From: a virus
Taxonomy: Duplodnaviria > Caudoviricetes
Reading direction: 5' to 3' (one strand)
Length of the DNA stretch: 30,139 bases
IMG/VR virus record: IMGVR_UViG_3300032318_002667
Coordinates: 1 to 30,139 of that record
The notes under the pieces were generated by a model. It was not told the DNA's origin. It ran no database searches and worked only from the letters and a program-made list of their open reading frames with translations. Shown here piece after piece: positions 5,661 to 17,400 of this stretch. Made by a program: the position numbers and the translations under genes. The first letter of the stretch is position 1. The number at the start of each line of letters is the position of its first letter.

Positions 5661-8600
5661 ATGGCAGAAACAAGAATTAAGATCAGTTCAATAATAGAAG
5701 GACAATTTCCTGAGTTTGTAGTGGAAGAATTTCCACTTGTTGTAGAATTCTTAAAACAATATTATTTGTCTATTGAGAATAAAGGTGAAGCAACTGATAT
5801 ACTTCAGAACATTGATCAATATGTAAAAGTTGACAATTTAACCAATCTTATAGATTCTACAACTCTTGAAAGTGATGCCTCTTTCTTTGATTCTACTATT
5901 AATGTAAGTTCTACTTATGGATTTGCAGATTCATATGGACTCATAAAAATTGATGATGAGATTATATTATATAAAGGAAAGACTTCGAACTCTTTTACCG
6001 AATGTGTAAGAGGATTCAGTGGCGTAACTTCATATCAAAACAAAACAAATACAGATCAACTGGTATTTACAGAATCAGACTCTGCCGATCACACTTCAGG
6101 ATCTAAGGTAGAGAACTTGAGCATTCTTTTCTTAAAAGAATTTTTTAAAAAGGTTAAGAAACAAATTACTCCAGGATTCGAAGATAGAGAATTTTATTCT
6201 GGACTAAATGAAGGACTTTTTATCAAGCAATCAAAAGATTTTTATTCAACAAAGGGAACAGATACTTCATTTGAAATTTTATTCAGAGCACTATATGGAA
6301 AAGATGTAGAAGTTATAAAACCAAGAGATTTTTTAATTCAACCATCTGATGCTCAATATAGTGTTTCTAAAAATATAATTGTAGAAGCAATAGAAGGTGA
6401 TCCTTTACAATTAGAAAATAGAACTCTTTATCAAGATTCTACAGATTTTTTTAGTAAGGCAAGAGGGACTATTATTCATGTAGAAAAAATAAGAAGAGGT
6501 GATAAAGATTATTATGAATTAAATCTTGACTACAGTTCTGTAAAAGATATAGATTTGCAAGGTACTGTTCTTGGAAATTTTTCAATTCATCCAAAAACAC
6601 AAACAACTACATCAGTTTCTATAAATTCGAATGTTCTTGATGTAGATTCTACTATTGGATTTCCTCATAGCGGAACTTTAATCACAAAATTAAACAACGG
6701 AACTACTGTTTCTATTGGTTATAGTTCAAAAACCATAACACAATTCTTCAATTGTACAAATATAGATCAAGAAATTCCTATAGGACAAGAAATTGCTTTA
6801 GATGCTTATGCATATGCATATGTCGGAAATGACAAAAATAATATAGTTAAAGTTAGAGTAACTGGTGTGCTATCAGATTTAGAAATTGAATCTCAAAATG
6901 AATATTATTATAAAGGTGACATTGCAAAAATAAAAACACTTGGAAAAAATCTAACTGATTATAAATCAAATAATTGGTTTTTTAATATTTCTACAAAATT
7001 TGATGTAAATTTTATTGAATTTTTAAGTGTTAATGTTTATAAAGTAAATCTTTATGATGATCATAAATTTTATATTGGAGATTCTATAACTATTATATCT
7101 TCCTCAGGTGATGAAAAGACAGGAAATATTACTTTTATCAATGATACAAATTCATTTACAATTACAGTTCAAGGGGAACTCATTAGTTCCCCTTTTTATA
7201 CTGTAAGAAAAAATATTTTAAAGGCAGATACTCAAAATTATCCATCCTTAGAAATATATGAAACTAATGTTCAAAATGTTTATTCGGATTTAAAAAATTC
7301 TTTATATGTTGCTTCACCTTCAATACCAACTTATTTGAATCAATCATTAAATATTAATGATAGGTCAGCTTTAATTTCCGGAACTTTCAGTGAATCTAAT
7401 AATGGAACAGAGTTGAATTTTTCAACTTCACATGGTTTTTATACAGGAGATTGTGTCGTCTATAGTGGTGATGTTATTGCCAATCAAATTTATTTTGTAA
7501 AAAAAATAGATGAAAAAACAATAAAAATAGCAAGAAGTATATCAAATATTGACACTGATAATTTTATATCTTTTAGTGGCACAATAATTTCAGGAAAATT
7601 TGCATTTAAAGATTTTTGCTACAAAAATTTAGATATTCAATTATTAGAACCTCAAAAATTAATAAGAAAATTAACAGATCCTGAAAATGATGGAAATGAA
7701 TATGAAACTCAACCTGGATTAACTGGAATATTTGTAAACGGTGTAGAACTTCTTAATTATAAATCCAAAGATACTGTTTATTATGGTTCAATTGAAAGTA
7801 TTGAGCCAACTTCTCCCGGATTTGGCTATGATGTTATAAATCCTCCAATTTTAACAATTAATGACTCAGTTGGGACTGGAGCATCTGCATATTGTTCCGT
7901 AATTGGTGGATTGGAAAGAATTGATATTATTAATCAAGGATTTGATTATCTTGAAGAACCGGTTATTAATATTAATGGTGGTAATGGAACTGGTGCAAGC
8001 GCAAAAACAAAATTAGTTTCTTTTGATTATTTTGTAGAGTTCAATTCTCAAGCAAGTGCAGGTATTGTAAATTTAACTAATAATACTATTGGATTTTCGA
8101 GTTATCATAAATTTAGAGATGTTGAGGAAGTAATATACAATACAAATGGCGGAATTGCAATTGCCGGATTAACTACAAATTCTTCATATTTTGTTTCAGT
8201 TCAAGATGCTCAAACAGTAAAACTTCACAAGTCTTTTGATGATGCTGTAGTCGGAATTAATACTATTGATTTAATTGCATATGGAACAAGAAATCATACT
8301 TTAAAATCAAAAAACAAAAAGAAAAGAATTGGATCAATTACAGTAGAAAATTCTGGAATTAATTATCAAAGCAAAAAAACAACAGTTACAAGTGTTGGAA
8401 TTGATACTGGCGCAAATATTATTAATATTAAAAATCATGGATATTTAAGTGGAGAAATAATTTCATACACTCCAGAATCAACTCCTATTGGTGGATTGAC
8501 TACAACATCATATTATATTACTTCTATTAATAAAAATCAATTTAAACTTTCTCAAATTGGATTTGGAACGGTTGGGGTTAGTACAGAATTAAGTGATTTT

Positions 8601-11600
8601 TATTATCAAACAAAGCAATATATTAATCTTACTTCAACTGGAAGTGGAACTCATACATTTAATTATCCTCCAATAACCGTAAATATAACTGGAAGAATTG
8701 GAGTATCTACTCTTACAAATCAAAACTTTAATGCAGTTCTCCAACCAATTTTTAGAGGAAGAATAGAATCCGTATTTATTGAAAATGGCGGAGTTTCTTA
8801 TGGTTCTGAAAACATTATCAACTACAATAAACAGCCAGAATTTTTATTAAAATCTGGATATGGTGCTCAAGTTACACCATTAGTATCTAATGGAAAAATT
8901 GTTGATGTTATCATTAATAGTCCTGGTTCACAATATAATTCTCCACCAAATTTAAATATTCTGGGTGATGGTATTGGCGCAATTTTATCACCAATTATTT
9001 CAAATGGAATACTTATATCAGTTAATATTATTCATGGTGGAAGTGGATATACTGCGCAAAATACTTTTATTACAGTTTCTTCTGCAGGAGAAGGTGCCAG
9101 TTTTATTTCTCAACCAAAATCTTGGAAAATCAATTTAATTCAAAGATTAATTGAAACTAAAAGTATTACTGACGATGATGGAATTTTGTATGAAGGTATT
9201 GATCCCAATTTTGGATTACAATATACTCATGCATATTCGCCAAGAAATTTGAGGAAGTCAATTTTAGGCAAAAAATTAAATGACGGTGTTTTTGTTTATA
9301 GTGAAGATTTAAAATATACCACAAAAGAAGAAGATTCAACTGCACATTCTCCAATTATAGGATGGGCATACGATGGAAATCCAATTTATGGTCCATATGG
9401 ATATGATAATCCAAGAACTGGTGGTGATATTAGAAATATGAAATCTGGTTATGTTCTAGTATCAAAAACAGATAGACCTTCATATCCATCAGCGTTTTTT
9501 GTAGAAGATTATGAATATCAAAATATTGGTGATTTGGATGAATTTAATGGAAGATTTTGTGTAACTCCAGAATATCCAAATGGCATTTATGCATATTTCT
9601 GCACAATTGGAGAAATTGGTTCATCTAATTCTATATTTAATAACTTTAAAGTTCCAGTATTTCCATATGTGATTGGAAATTATTTTAAATCAAAACCAAT
9701 TGAATTTAATTTCTTAGCATCTTCAAATCAAGATAATATTGATTTTAAATCTCTTAAATTATTAAGAAATACGAATCCATATAATTTAAATAATGAAAAA
9801 AGTGGATATGATTATATTTTAAATTCAAATAAAATATATACACAACTAACAGAAGTTAAAAATTCAACAACAGGATCTATTCAATCTGTTGGAATTATAA
9901 CTGGTGGAGATGGATATAAAGTAGGAGACAATATTGTATTCGATACTAAAACTAGTGGTGGAAGAAATCTACGTGCTAAAGTATCTCTGATAGAAGGTAA
10001 AGAAATATCACAAATTAGTGTGGCAAGTTCTTTAGTTTCTGGTATAGAATTTGTTCCTTTGGATACTATTGGAAATTTTGTTGGATTTGCAACATTTCCG
10101 CATAATTTTTTAAATAATGACTTAGTAAAAATAACCACTCAATATGAAAATAAAAAATATTCTAATATTTCAATACAGTCAAATAATCTCAATTTAATAA
10201 CTGGAGTTGGATCTGCAAATTATACTGGTATTGTTACTTATTTTAATGTTTCTGGATTTTTAAACTATCCAAATATTAAAGAGAATGATATCTACAAAAT
10301 TGAAAATGAGCAAATAAAAGTTCTTAATATTGATTCTTTAAATTCAAGAATCAGAGTTCTTCGTAATTATAATAATACTTCCGGTTTAACCACATATACT
10401 GCAGGAATTGCACTTACAGAAAAAACAAGAAAACTTAAATTAAATTTTGGAATTTCATCTACTTCATATCAGTATGATTTAAATAGAGAAATTTATTTCA
10501 ATCCTAAGGAATCTGTGGGACTTGGAAAAACTTCCGGTGTTGGTATTGTAAGTACGATTTATTTTTCAAATCCTGGAGCAGGAATTGCATCTATTACAAT
10601 TCCAACACAAACAATATATTTGCCAAATCACCAATTAAAAACTGGAGATTCTTTGATATACTCTTCTAATGGGGGAAATGTATTATCAATATCAACTAAC
10701 GGGGTTTCGAGTTTTACATTACAAGATAAATCAATTGTTTATGCTGCAAAAATATCAAATGATTTAATCGGCATTTCTACTTTAAGAGTCGGTATTGGTT
10801 CTACAGGAACTTTTGTTGGAATTGGAACCACTAGGGCAGGTATTTTATATTTTACTGAAATTGGTACAGGAGTATATCATAGTTTTACTACAAGATATCA
10901 AAATACATTAAGAGGGCAAGTAAGCAAAAATGTTGCAATAGTATTAACACCAATAGATAATGAATTGTCTGTTGCAGATTCTGTAATAGTTGATATTAAA
11001 CCTGGAATTTCTACAACAGTAGTTGTAAAATATAATGATTATAATAGGAGATTAGTTATAAATCCAAAATCATTTATATCTTCTGATGTTGATATTTTAA
11101 GTAATACAATTACAATTAATAATCATGGATATAAGCAAGGTCAAAAAATTATTCATACGTCATCTTCACCGTCAGGTGGATTGGTAGATGAAAAAATTTA
11201 TTATATTGTTGTAATTGACTCAAATACAATTCAACTATCAGAAACTCTTTATGCAACTCAAAAACCAATTCCAAATACCATTGGCATAACCTCAGCATCT
11301 TCTGGAACTATTTCACAAATAAATCCACCTTTAAATATAATAAAAAATCAAAAAGTTATTTTTGATGTTTCAGATTCTTCATTAAATTTTACACAAAATG
11401 CAATTTTATATCCTGCATTTGATTTTAAATTTTACACAGAATCAAATTTCAAAAATAAATTTGATTCTTCATCTTCGTCATCTTCTTTTGAAGTTGTAAA
11501 GTCGGGTATTGTTGGATCAAATGATGCAAAAATAATTTTAACGGTAACTGAAAATATTCCAAAAAATTTATATTATAAATTAGATCCAAGAAATATTGCA

Positions 11601-14426
11601 ATTAATAGTTCAGTTAAAAAAGAAATAATTGTTGATACTGAACAAGTTAATTTTAATCAATTGACTGTAACAGATAGCGGGTATAGTGGATCTTACAACA
11701 TTATTGCAATTTCAACATCTGGTTTTAATTATAATCTGATAGATTCTCCAGAAAAAAATAAATATTCTCCATCCGAAGCCATATTAAAATACTATACAAG
11801 TTCTTCTTCTGCATCTGGTCCTATTCATTCAGTAAATGTAGTATCTAAAGGAAATGATTTTATAAGTTTGCCTGAAATTTCTTCAATAGAAACTGAAAAT
11901 GGTAATGGTGCTATTTTAAACCCAATTGGAATTGGTATTGGATCTATAATTAGAAAGGAAATTTTAGATATTGGATTTGATTACTCGGCAGACTATACTA
12001 TTAGACCTACTGCAAAATTACCTACAATTGTAAAAATTAATCCTTTTTACTCTTTTGATTATATTGAAATTACTTACTTAGGAAAAGATTATAATATTTT
12101 TCCAAATTTAATTGTTTTGGATGGATTTACAAATCAACTTGTTAGTGACGTTATTTTAAATTATCAACCCAAAAATTCTCAAGTAGAAATTTTAAAAAAT
12201 ACAAAAGGACTTTATAATATACCTCCCAAAATTATACCAATAAACAACTCAAATGGTGTTGGTATTAGTACTATTGCATTTGATTCATTAACAAAAAATG
12301 TTACTGTTACCTTATCAGTTGGGTTTAGTACTATATCAACCTTTCCTTTTGCAGTTGGAGATAAAGTTTTAATTGAAAATATTTCTGTTGGTAGTGAATT
12401 AACTGCAAAAGGATATAATTCTGACAGATATAATTATGCATTATTTACTATAACCTCAACAGATCCAAATATTGGTGGCAATAACGCCACTGTAGTTTAT
12501 AATATGCAAAATTACTTGGAAAATGGAGAAGTTCCTGGAAATTATGATACAATTAATTCTTTCGGAAAAATTATTCCTGAAAAATATTTTCCAAAATTTA
12601 ATCCAATTCTTAAACAAAATATCTTTTATGATGGAGAAACGATTATTTCAAATTTTTCAAATTCAAAGGGAACCATTCAAAGATTAGATGAAAATAGTGA
12701 TTATTTAAGAATAGTTAGTAGCGATACTTTTAATGCTGGAGATACTATTAAGGGTAGTTCTTCGTTTACTCAAGGAAGTATAATAGAGATATTATCTTCA
12801 GCAGAATGTGTTTATGATGTAGAATCATCTTCAATTGTTAAGAATGGTTGGAAAAAGGAAACCGGGTTTTTGAACAATAATTTACAAAGACTTTATGATA
12901 GCGACTATTATCAATACTTCTCATACTCATTAAAATCAGAAATTCCTTTCGATATTTGGATAAGTTCTGTCAATGATTTAAACCATACTTCAGGGTTTAA
13001 AAAATTTAGTGATTTAATAATTGAATCTAAAAATATTGGTATCGGAACAAATTCTACTTTATATGCAGGAATAGCAACCTCTCAAGATAGAGGAGATTTC
13101 ACCGGAATTGCAAATTTATCAAAATCTGTAGATTTAAATTGTGTATATGATTTTGATGCTGTTAAAGAAGTAACAATTAATATTGATAATAATATAAAAT
13201 CCAATGAAATTATTTTTAATTCTACAATTTTGCAAGATTATATTGAATCAATTGGAAATAGAGTTCTTATTATTGATGAGTTAGATGATGGTTTTAATAG
13301 CAATCCAAGATTAACTGCATTTAGTATAGTTGATACTTTTATATTGAATGATATAAGATCTAAAAAATATCTTATATATGTTAGTGATATTACATTTGTT
13401 GCTGAAAGACAAGTATTATTATTGACTCTTCTGCATAATGGAAGCTATGGATTTTTGAATCAATATGGAATTGTTCCGACATCTTATGATATGGGATTTT
13501 TTGATTTTTCAATAACTGGTGATACAGGAAATCTACTATTTTATCCAACCAAAAGTGAAGTTAATACTTTTCAAGTCAATTATGTAACATATGATATGCA
13601 AGATGCCCTTTCTGGAGTAGGTACTGTAAGTCCTATAAGACTCGGTGGCGTTTCAATAGTTGGATCAAGTTCTACAAGTTTAAGTGCGGGAATAAATACT
13701 GCCACAACTATCGTTGGAATTGCTTCAACTTATAGGTCATCTAAAGTACTTGTTCAGATTGGAGCAACAGATAGTTCATATTATCAATATGATGAATTAA
13801 CAGTTATTCACGATGGAACTTATGCGAACTTTTTACAATATGGGCAGCTGAGTACTAATACACTATCCCCAGCCTCTTCGGGATTGGGAACTTATAATGC
13901 TTACTTATCAGGATCCAAATTAAATATTGATTTTATTCCAAAATCACCATTATCAGCACAATATAAAGTTAATACAATACAAATTTCAATTTCAAATGAT
14001 TCTTCTACTAGTATTGGATCAACTTTATTAGAAAATAATCAACTATCTTCAAATTATGTTTCTATTGCTTCATCCACAATCCCAAGTGCTAATATTATTG
14101 CCTCATATGATAATGAAATCTATAGTTGTGCATATTATATTGTAAGTATTGAAGACACTGCAAATAATAATTACCAAACATCTGAAGTTTTAGTCGTGGA
14201 CAACAAAACTAATGTTGCATCTTTTGCATCATCAGATGCTTATATTTCACAATTTGGAGTTATTCAAACAAATATATCTTTAGGTACTCTTACTGCTAAT
14301 GTTTTGAATACAAATACCAACTTATATTTCACTCCAATTCCTAATATTAATACTAAAGTGCGAATATTCCAACATTCTCTAGGATTATCCAACCTAGATA
14401 ATGTAGGCAATTCTATAGATTTATAA
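5661..14426 (+). CDS. gp7: giant baseplate wedge initiator gp7-like protein, N-terminal part (2921 aa)
   Basis: Lies between gp6 and gp8. Has N-terminal FLKQYY and KDFYSTKGT..SFEILFRALYG motifs, the DSDYYQYFSYSLKS...HTSGFK motif, and many beta-rich repeats. Confidence 0.8.
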   Translation: MAETRIKISSIIEGQFPEFVVEEFPLVVEFLKQYYLSIENKGEATDILQNIDQYVKVDNLTNLIDSTTLESDASFFDSTINVSSTYGFADSYGLIKIDDEIILYKGKTSNSFTECVRGFSGVTSYQNKTNTDQLVFTESDSADHTSGSKVENLSILFLKEFFKKVKKQITPGFEDREFYSGLNEGLFIKQSKDFYSTKGTDTSFEILFRALYGKDVEVIKPRDFLIQPSDAQYSVSKNIIVEAIEGDPLQLENRTLYQDSTDFFSKARGTIIHVEKIRRGDKDYYELNLDYSSVKDIDLQGTVLGNFSIHPKTQTTTSVSINSNVLDVDSTIGFPHSGTLITKLNNGTTVSIGYSSKTITQFFNCTNIDQEIPIGQEIALDAYAYAYVGNDKNNIVKVRVTGVLSDLEIESQNEYYYKGDIAKIKTLGKNLTDYKSNNWFFNISTKFDVNFIEFLSVNVYKVNLYDDHKFYIGDSITIISSSGDEKTGNITFINDTNSFTITVQGELISSPFYTVRKNILKADTQNYPSLEIYETNVQNVYSDLKNSLYVASPSIPTYLNQSLNINDRSALISGTFSESNNGTELNFSTSHGFYTGDCVVYSGDVIANQIYFVKKIDEKTIKIARSISNIDTDNFISFSGTIISGKFAFKDFCYKNLDIQLLEPQKLIRKLTDPENDGNEYETQPGLTGIFVNGVELLNYKSKDTVYYGSIESIEPTSPGFGYDVINPPILTINDSVGTGASAYCSVIGGLERIDIINQGFDYLEEPVININGGNGTGASAKTKLVSFDYFVEFNSQASAGIVNLTNNTIGFSSYHKFRDVEEVIYNTNGGIAIAGLTTNSSYFVSVQDAQTVKLHKSFDDAVVGINTIDLIAYGTRNHTLKSKNKKKRIGSITVENSGINYQSKKTTVTSVGIDTGANIINIKNHGYLSGEIISYTPESTPIGGLTTTSYYITSINKNQFKLSQIGFGTVGVSTELSDFYYQTKQYINLTSTGSGTHTFNYPPITVNITGRIGVSTLTNQNFNAVLQPIFRGRIESVFIENGGVSYGSENIINYNKQPEFLLKSGYGAQVTPLVSNGKIVDVIINSPGSQYNSPPNLNILGDGIGAILSPIISNGILISVNIIHGGSGYTAQNTFITVSSAGEGASFISQPKSWKINLIQRLIETKSITDDDGILYEGIDPNFGLQYTHAYSPRNLRKSILGKKLNDGVFVYSEDLKYTTKEEDSTAHSPIIGWAYDGNPIYGPYGYDNPRTGGDIRNMKSGYVLVSKTDRPSYPSAFFVEDYEYQNIGDLDEFNGRFCVTPEYPNGIYAYFCTIGEIGSSNSIFNNFKVPVFPYVIGNYFKSKPIEFNFLASSNQDNIDFKSLKLLRNTNPYNLNNEKSGYDYILNSNKIYTQLTEVKNSTTGSIQSVGIITGGDGYKVGDNIVFDTKTSGGRNLRAKVSLIEGKEISQISVASSLVSGIEFVPLDTIGNFVGFATFPHNFLNNDLVKITTQYENKKYSNISIQSNNLNLITGVGSANYTGIVTYFNVSGFLNYPNIKENDIYKIENEQIKVLNIDSLNSRIRVLRNYNNTSGLTTYTAGIALTEKTRKLKLNFGISSTSYQYDLNREIYFNPKESVGLGKTSGVGIVSTIYFSNPGAGIASITIPTQTIYLPNHQLKTGDSLIYSSNGGNVLSISTNGVSSFTLQDKSIVYAAKISNDLIGISTLRVGIGSTGTFVGIGTTRAGILYFTEIGTGVYHSFTTRYQNTLRGQVSKNVAIVLTPIDNELSVADSVIVDIKPGISTTVVVKYNDYNRRLVINPKSFISSDVDILSNTITINNHGYKQGQKIIHTSSSPSGGLVDEKIYYIVVIDSNTIQLSETLYATQKPIPNTIGITSASSGTISQINPPLNIIKNQKVIFDVSDSSLNFTQNAILYPAFDFKFYTESNFKNKFDSSSSSSSFEVVKSGIVGSNDAKIILTVTENIPKNLYYKLDPRNIAINSSVKKEIIVDTEQVNFNQLTVTDSGYSGSYNIIAISTSGFNYNLIDSPEKNKYSPSEAILKYYTSSSSASGPIHSVNVVSKGNDFISLPEISSIETENGNGAILNPIGIGIGSIIRKEILDIGFDYSADYTIRPTAKLPTIVKINPFYSFDYIEITYLGKDYNIFPNLIVLDGFTNQLVSDVILNYQPKNSQVEILKNTKGLYNIPPKIIPINNSNGVGISTIAFDSLTKNVTVTLSVGFSTISTFPFAVGDKVLIENISVGSELTAKGYNSDRYNYALFTITSTDPNIGGNNATVVYNMQNYLENGEVPGNYDTINSFGKIIPEKYFPKFNPILKQNIFYDGETIISNFSNSKGTIQRLDENSDYLRIVSSDTFNAGDTIKGSSSFTQGSIIEILSSAECVYDVESSSIVKNGWKKETGFLNNNLQRLYDSDYYQYFSYSLKSEIPFDIWISSVNDLNHTSGFKKFSDLIIESKNIGIGTNSTLYAGIATSQDRGDFTGIANLSKSVDLNCVYDFDAVKEVTINIDNNIKSNEIIFNSTILQDYIESIGNRVLIIDELDDGFNSNPRLTAFSIVDTFILNDIRSKKYLIYVSDITFVAERQVLLLTLLHNGSYGFLNQYGIVPTSYDMGFFDFSITGDTGNLLFYPTKSEVNTFQVNYVTYDMQDALSGVGTVSPIRLGGVSIVGSSSTSLSAGINTATTIVGIASTYRSSKVLVQIGATDSSYYQYDELTVIHDGTYANFLQYGQLSTNTLSPASSGLGTYNAYLSGSKLNIDFIPKSPLSAQYKVNTIQISISNDSSTSIGSTLLENNQLSSNYVSIASSTIPSANIIASYDNEIYSCAYYIVSIEDTANNNYQTSEVLVVDNKTNVASFASSDAYISQFGVIQTNISLGTLTANVLNTNTNLYFTPIPNINTKVRIFQHSLGLSNLDNVGNSIDL

Positions 14427-14428
14427 TA

Positions 14429-17400
14429 ATGGCATTTGTTCAATCTGGACGTGGTTTTTATGAAGGATCTTTTTTTGATGTTAAAAAATCTTTTAATTTA
14501 AATCATAAAGGAAATCCTATATTTGAAAGACGTTTCGATGGAAGTAGTGCTGGTATAGTTAGCACTGGAGATGATAATATCTACATTCCAAATCACTTTT
14601 TTGTAACTGGAGAAGAAGTATCATATACTTATACGGATTCTGTTAGCGGAACAATCAATGCTATTGGAATTGCTACAACTTCAATTTCTGGGGTAGGAGT
14701 TACAGATAAACTTCCAAAAACTCTTTATATTGTTAAGTCTAGTGATCTTTATGTTAAGGTTGCAGCATCTGCTTCAGAAGCTTTACAAAGTATTCCTAAA
14801 ACTTTAGATATTAATAATGTAGGAATTGAAACATTTCATAAATTTATTTGCAAAAACCAAAACTCAAAAGTATTATTGACTATTGACAACGTAATTCAAT
14901 CTCCAATTGTTTCAACATCAACTACTACATCAACTTCTCAAGAAATTGTTGTAAGTGATAGCACTATTAATTTTGTTGGTATAAATTCATTTTTTATAGG
15001 AGATTTAGTTAAAATTGAAAATGAAATAATGAAAATTACTAGTGTTGGTGTTGGACAATTTACCAATAAAATTTCTGTCCAAAGATCTTTTATGGGTACA
15101 GTACTTACATCCCACCCACTTGGATCCTTAGTCACAAAAATTGTTGGAGACTATAATATTACTGATAATATTTTAAATTTTTCTACTGCCCCATATGGAT
15201 TAACACCGGAAGTAAAACCATTAGATAAACTATTTAATTCACCTGATGAACAAGATTATGTAGGAATCGCAACTCGTTCAAAATTTAATGGAAGAGTATT
15301 CTTAAGATCAGGTACTCCTAATACAGGAAATGAACCTTATTATAATAATTATATTTTTGATGATATTTCTTCAGGATTTGCTGGATTAAATACTGAATTT
15401 ACATTAAAATCAAATTTTTCAAATATAACAGGAATTTCTTCAGGAAATGCAATTATTTTAATTAATGATATTTTCCAGCAACCATCAAAAGATAATTTTC
15501 CTGCAGATTATTCTTTAAAACAAAATTTAGGAATTACAAGTATTAGTTTTAGTGGATTTAGTAGTTCATTTGCTCTATATGATATTAATACAAAAAATAT
15601 TACTCGTGGAGGTATTATTGTTTCTATATCATCAACTGAAGGATTTGGATATCAACCTCTTGTTTCTGCAGGAGGAACAGCAGTTGTTTCCGCTGCAGGA
15701 ACAATTTCATCAATTAGTATTGGAAACAGTGGTTCTGGATATAGAGTAGGAATTCAGACTACAGTAAGAGTTGGCGTAACTACTTTAGGTATTGGAACAG
15801 TAAGAGTGCAGTTTATTGGAACTGCAGCAGTAAGTAATGGAAATATTGTAAGTATTGCTATTACAAATCCTGGAATTGGATATACTAGAACTAATCCGCC
15901 TTTAGTTGTATTTGACGATCCATTATCATATTCAAATATACCTTTAATTTATAGTTCATCATCAGTTTCTGGATTTGGAACTCAAGCAACAGTAGATATT
16001 TTAGTTGGACAGGGTTCTAGTGTGATTGGTTTTGAACTTAAAAATCTTGGATATGACTATGGAGATGGAGAAATTCTTACTTTTGAAACTGGAGGAAGAA
16101 CAGGAATTCCAACAAACACTTCGTTGCCATTTAAACAATTTAAAATAACAGTTAATAAAACATTTACGGACAAATTTAATGGATGGAGATTTGGAGATCT
16201 CCAAGTAATAGATCCAATTGATAACTTATTTAATGGAACTAGAATTAATTTTCCAATTAAAATTAATAAAAACCAAGTATCCTTACAAGTAAAAAAAGGT
16301 TCTAATATTGATCTTAAAGCAAATTTATTAATCTTTATTAATGATATTCCACAAGTTCCTGGTCAAGGATATTTCTTTGAAGGAGGTAGTATTATAACAT
16401 TTTCTGAAGCACCAAAAAATGGCGATAGATGCAAAATTCTTTTCTATAAAGGAACTGGTGAAGTTGATGTAGTTGATGTTGATATTTTAGAAACAATTAA
16501 AGTTGGAGATATTATAACAATTAATAGCGATTTTCCTGCTCTACAAGAAGATGGAAGATTAGTTGCAGAAATTATTTCTTCTGATGTTCTTAATACAAAT
16601 GTTTATTCGGGACCTGGCATTACAACAAATCAAAATTTACAAAGATCAATAGAGTGGTGTAGACAAACTGAAGACAAAATTATTGATGGACAAGAAGTTG
16701 CAAAAGATAGAATTTTATACGAGGCACTTATTTACCCATCAACAAATCTAATTAAAAGTGTAGGAATTACTTCTACAGTTTTATTTGTAGAAAGTGTAAA
16801 AACATTCTTTGATTCTAAAAACGAATTTAATCAAAAAAATAATAAAATTATAATTATATCTCAAGATTCATTGGTTGCAGCATCTGCAACTGCCATAGTT
16901 TCTGCTGCTGGTACTATTTCTTCAATTATAATATCTGATGGTGGGGTTGGATATTCAACTTCACCTAAAGTATCAATTGCATATCCAGTTGGATATGGGA
17001 TTTCTGTGCCAAGGACATCATATACTCAAGGAGATTCTGTTCCAGTAGGATTAGGAACTATTCCAACATTTATTTCATCTATTTCTGTTGATGGGAAAGT
17101 TTCTGACGTATCTATTATAAATGCAGGTTCTGGATATACATCATCAAACCCACCAATTACAATTATTGAGCCACCAACTCCCAAAACCGAAGTAATTTCA
17201 AACGTAACTTATGATGGAGATTTTGGAGTGATTACAGGAATAAAAACAACAACAGTTGGTGTTGCTTCTACTGGTATTGTATTTGATTTTTATATTCCAC
17301 AAAATTCTTTCTTAAGAGATACTGTTACTGTTGGAGCAGCAATTACAGTTAGTGGAATTCAAACCGGGTATTATTTTACCGTTTACAATTCAAACGTTGG

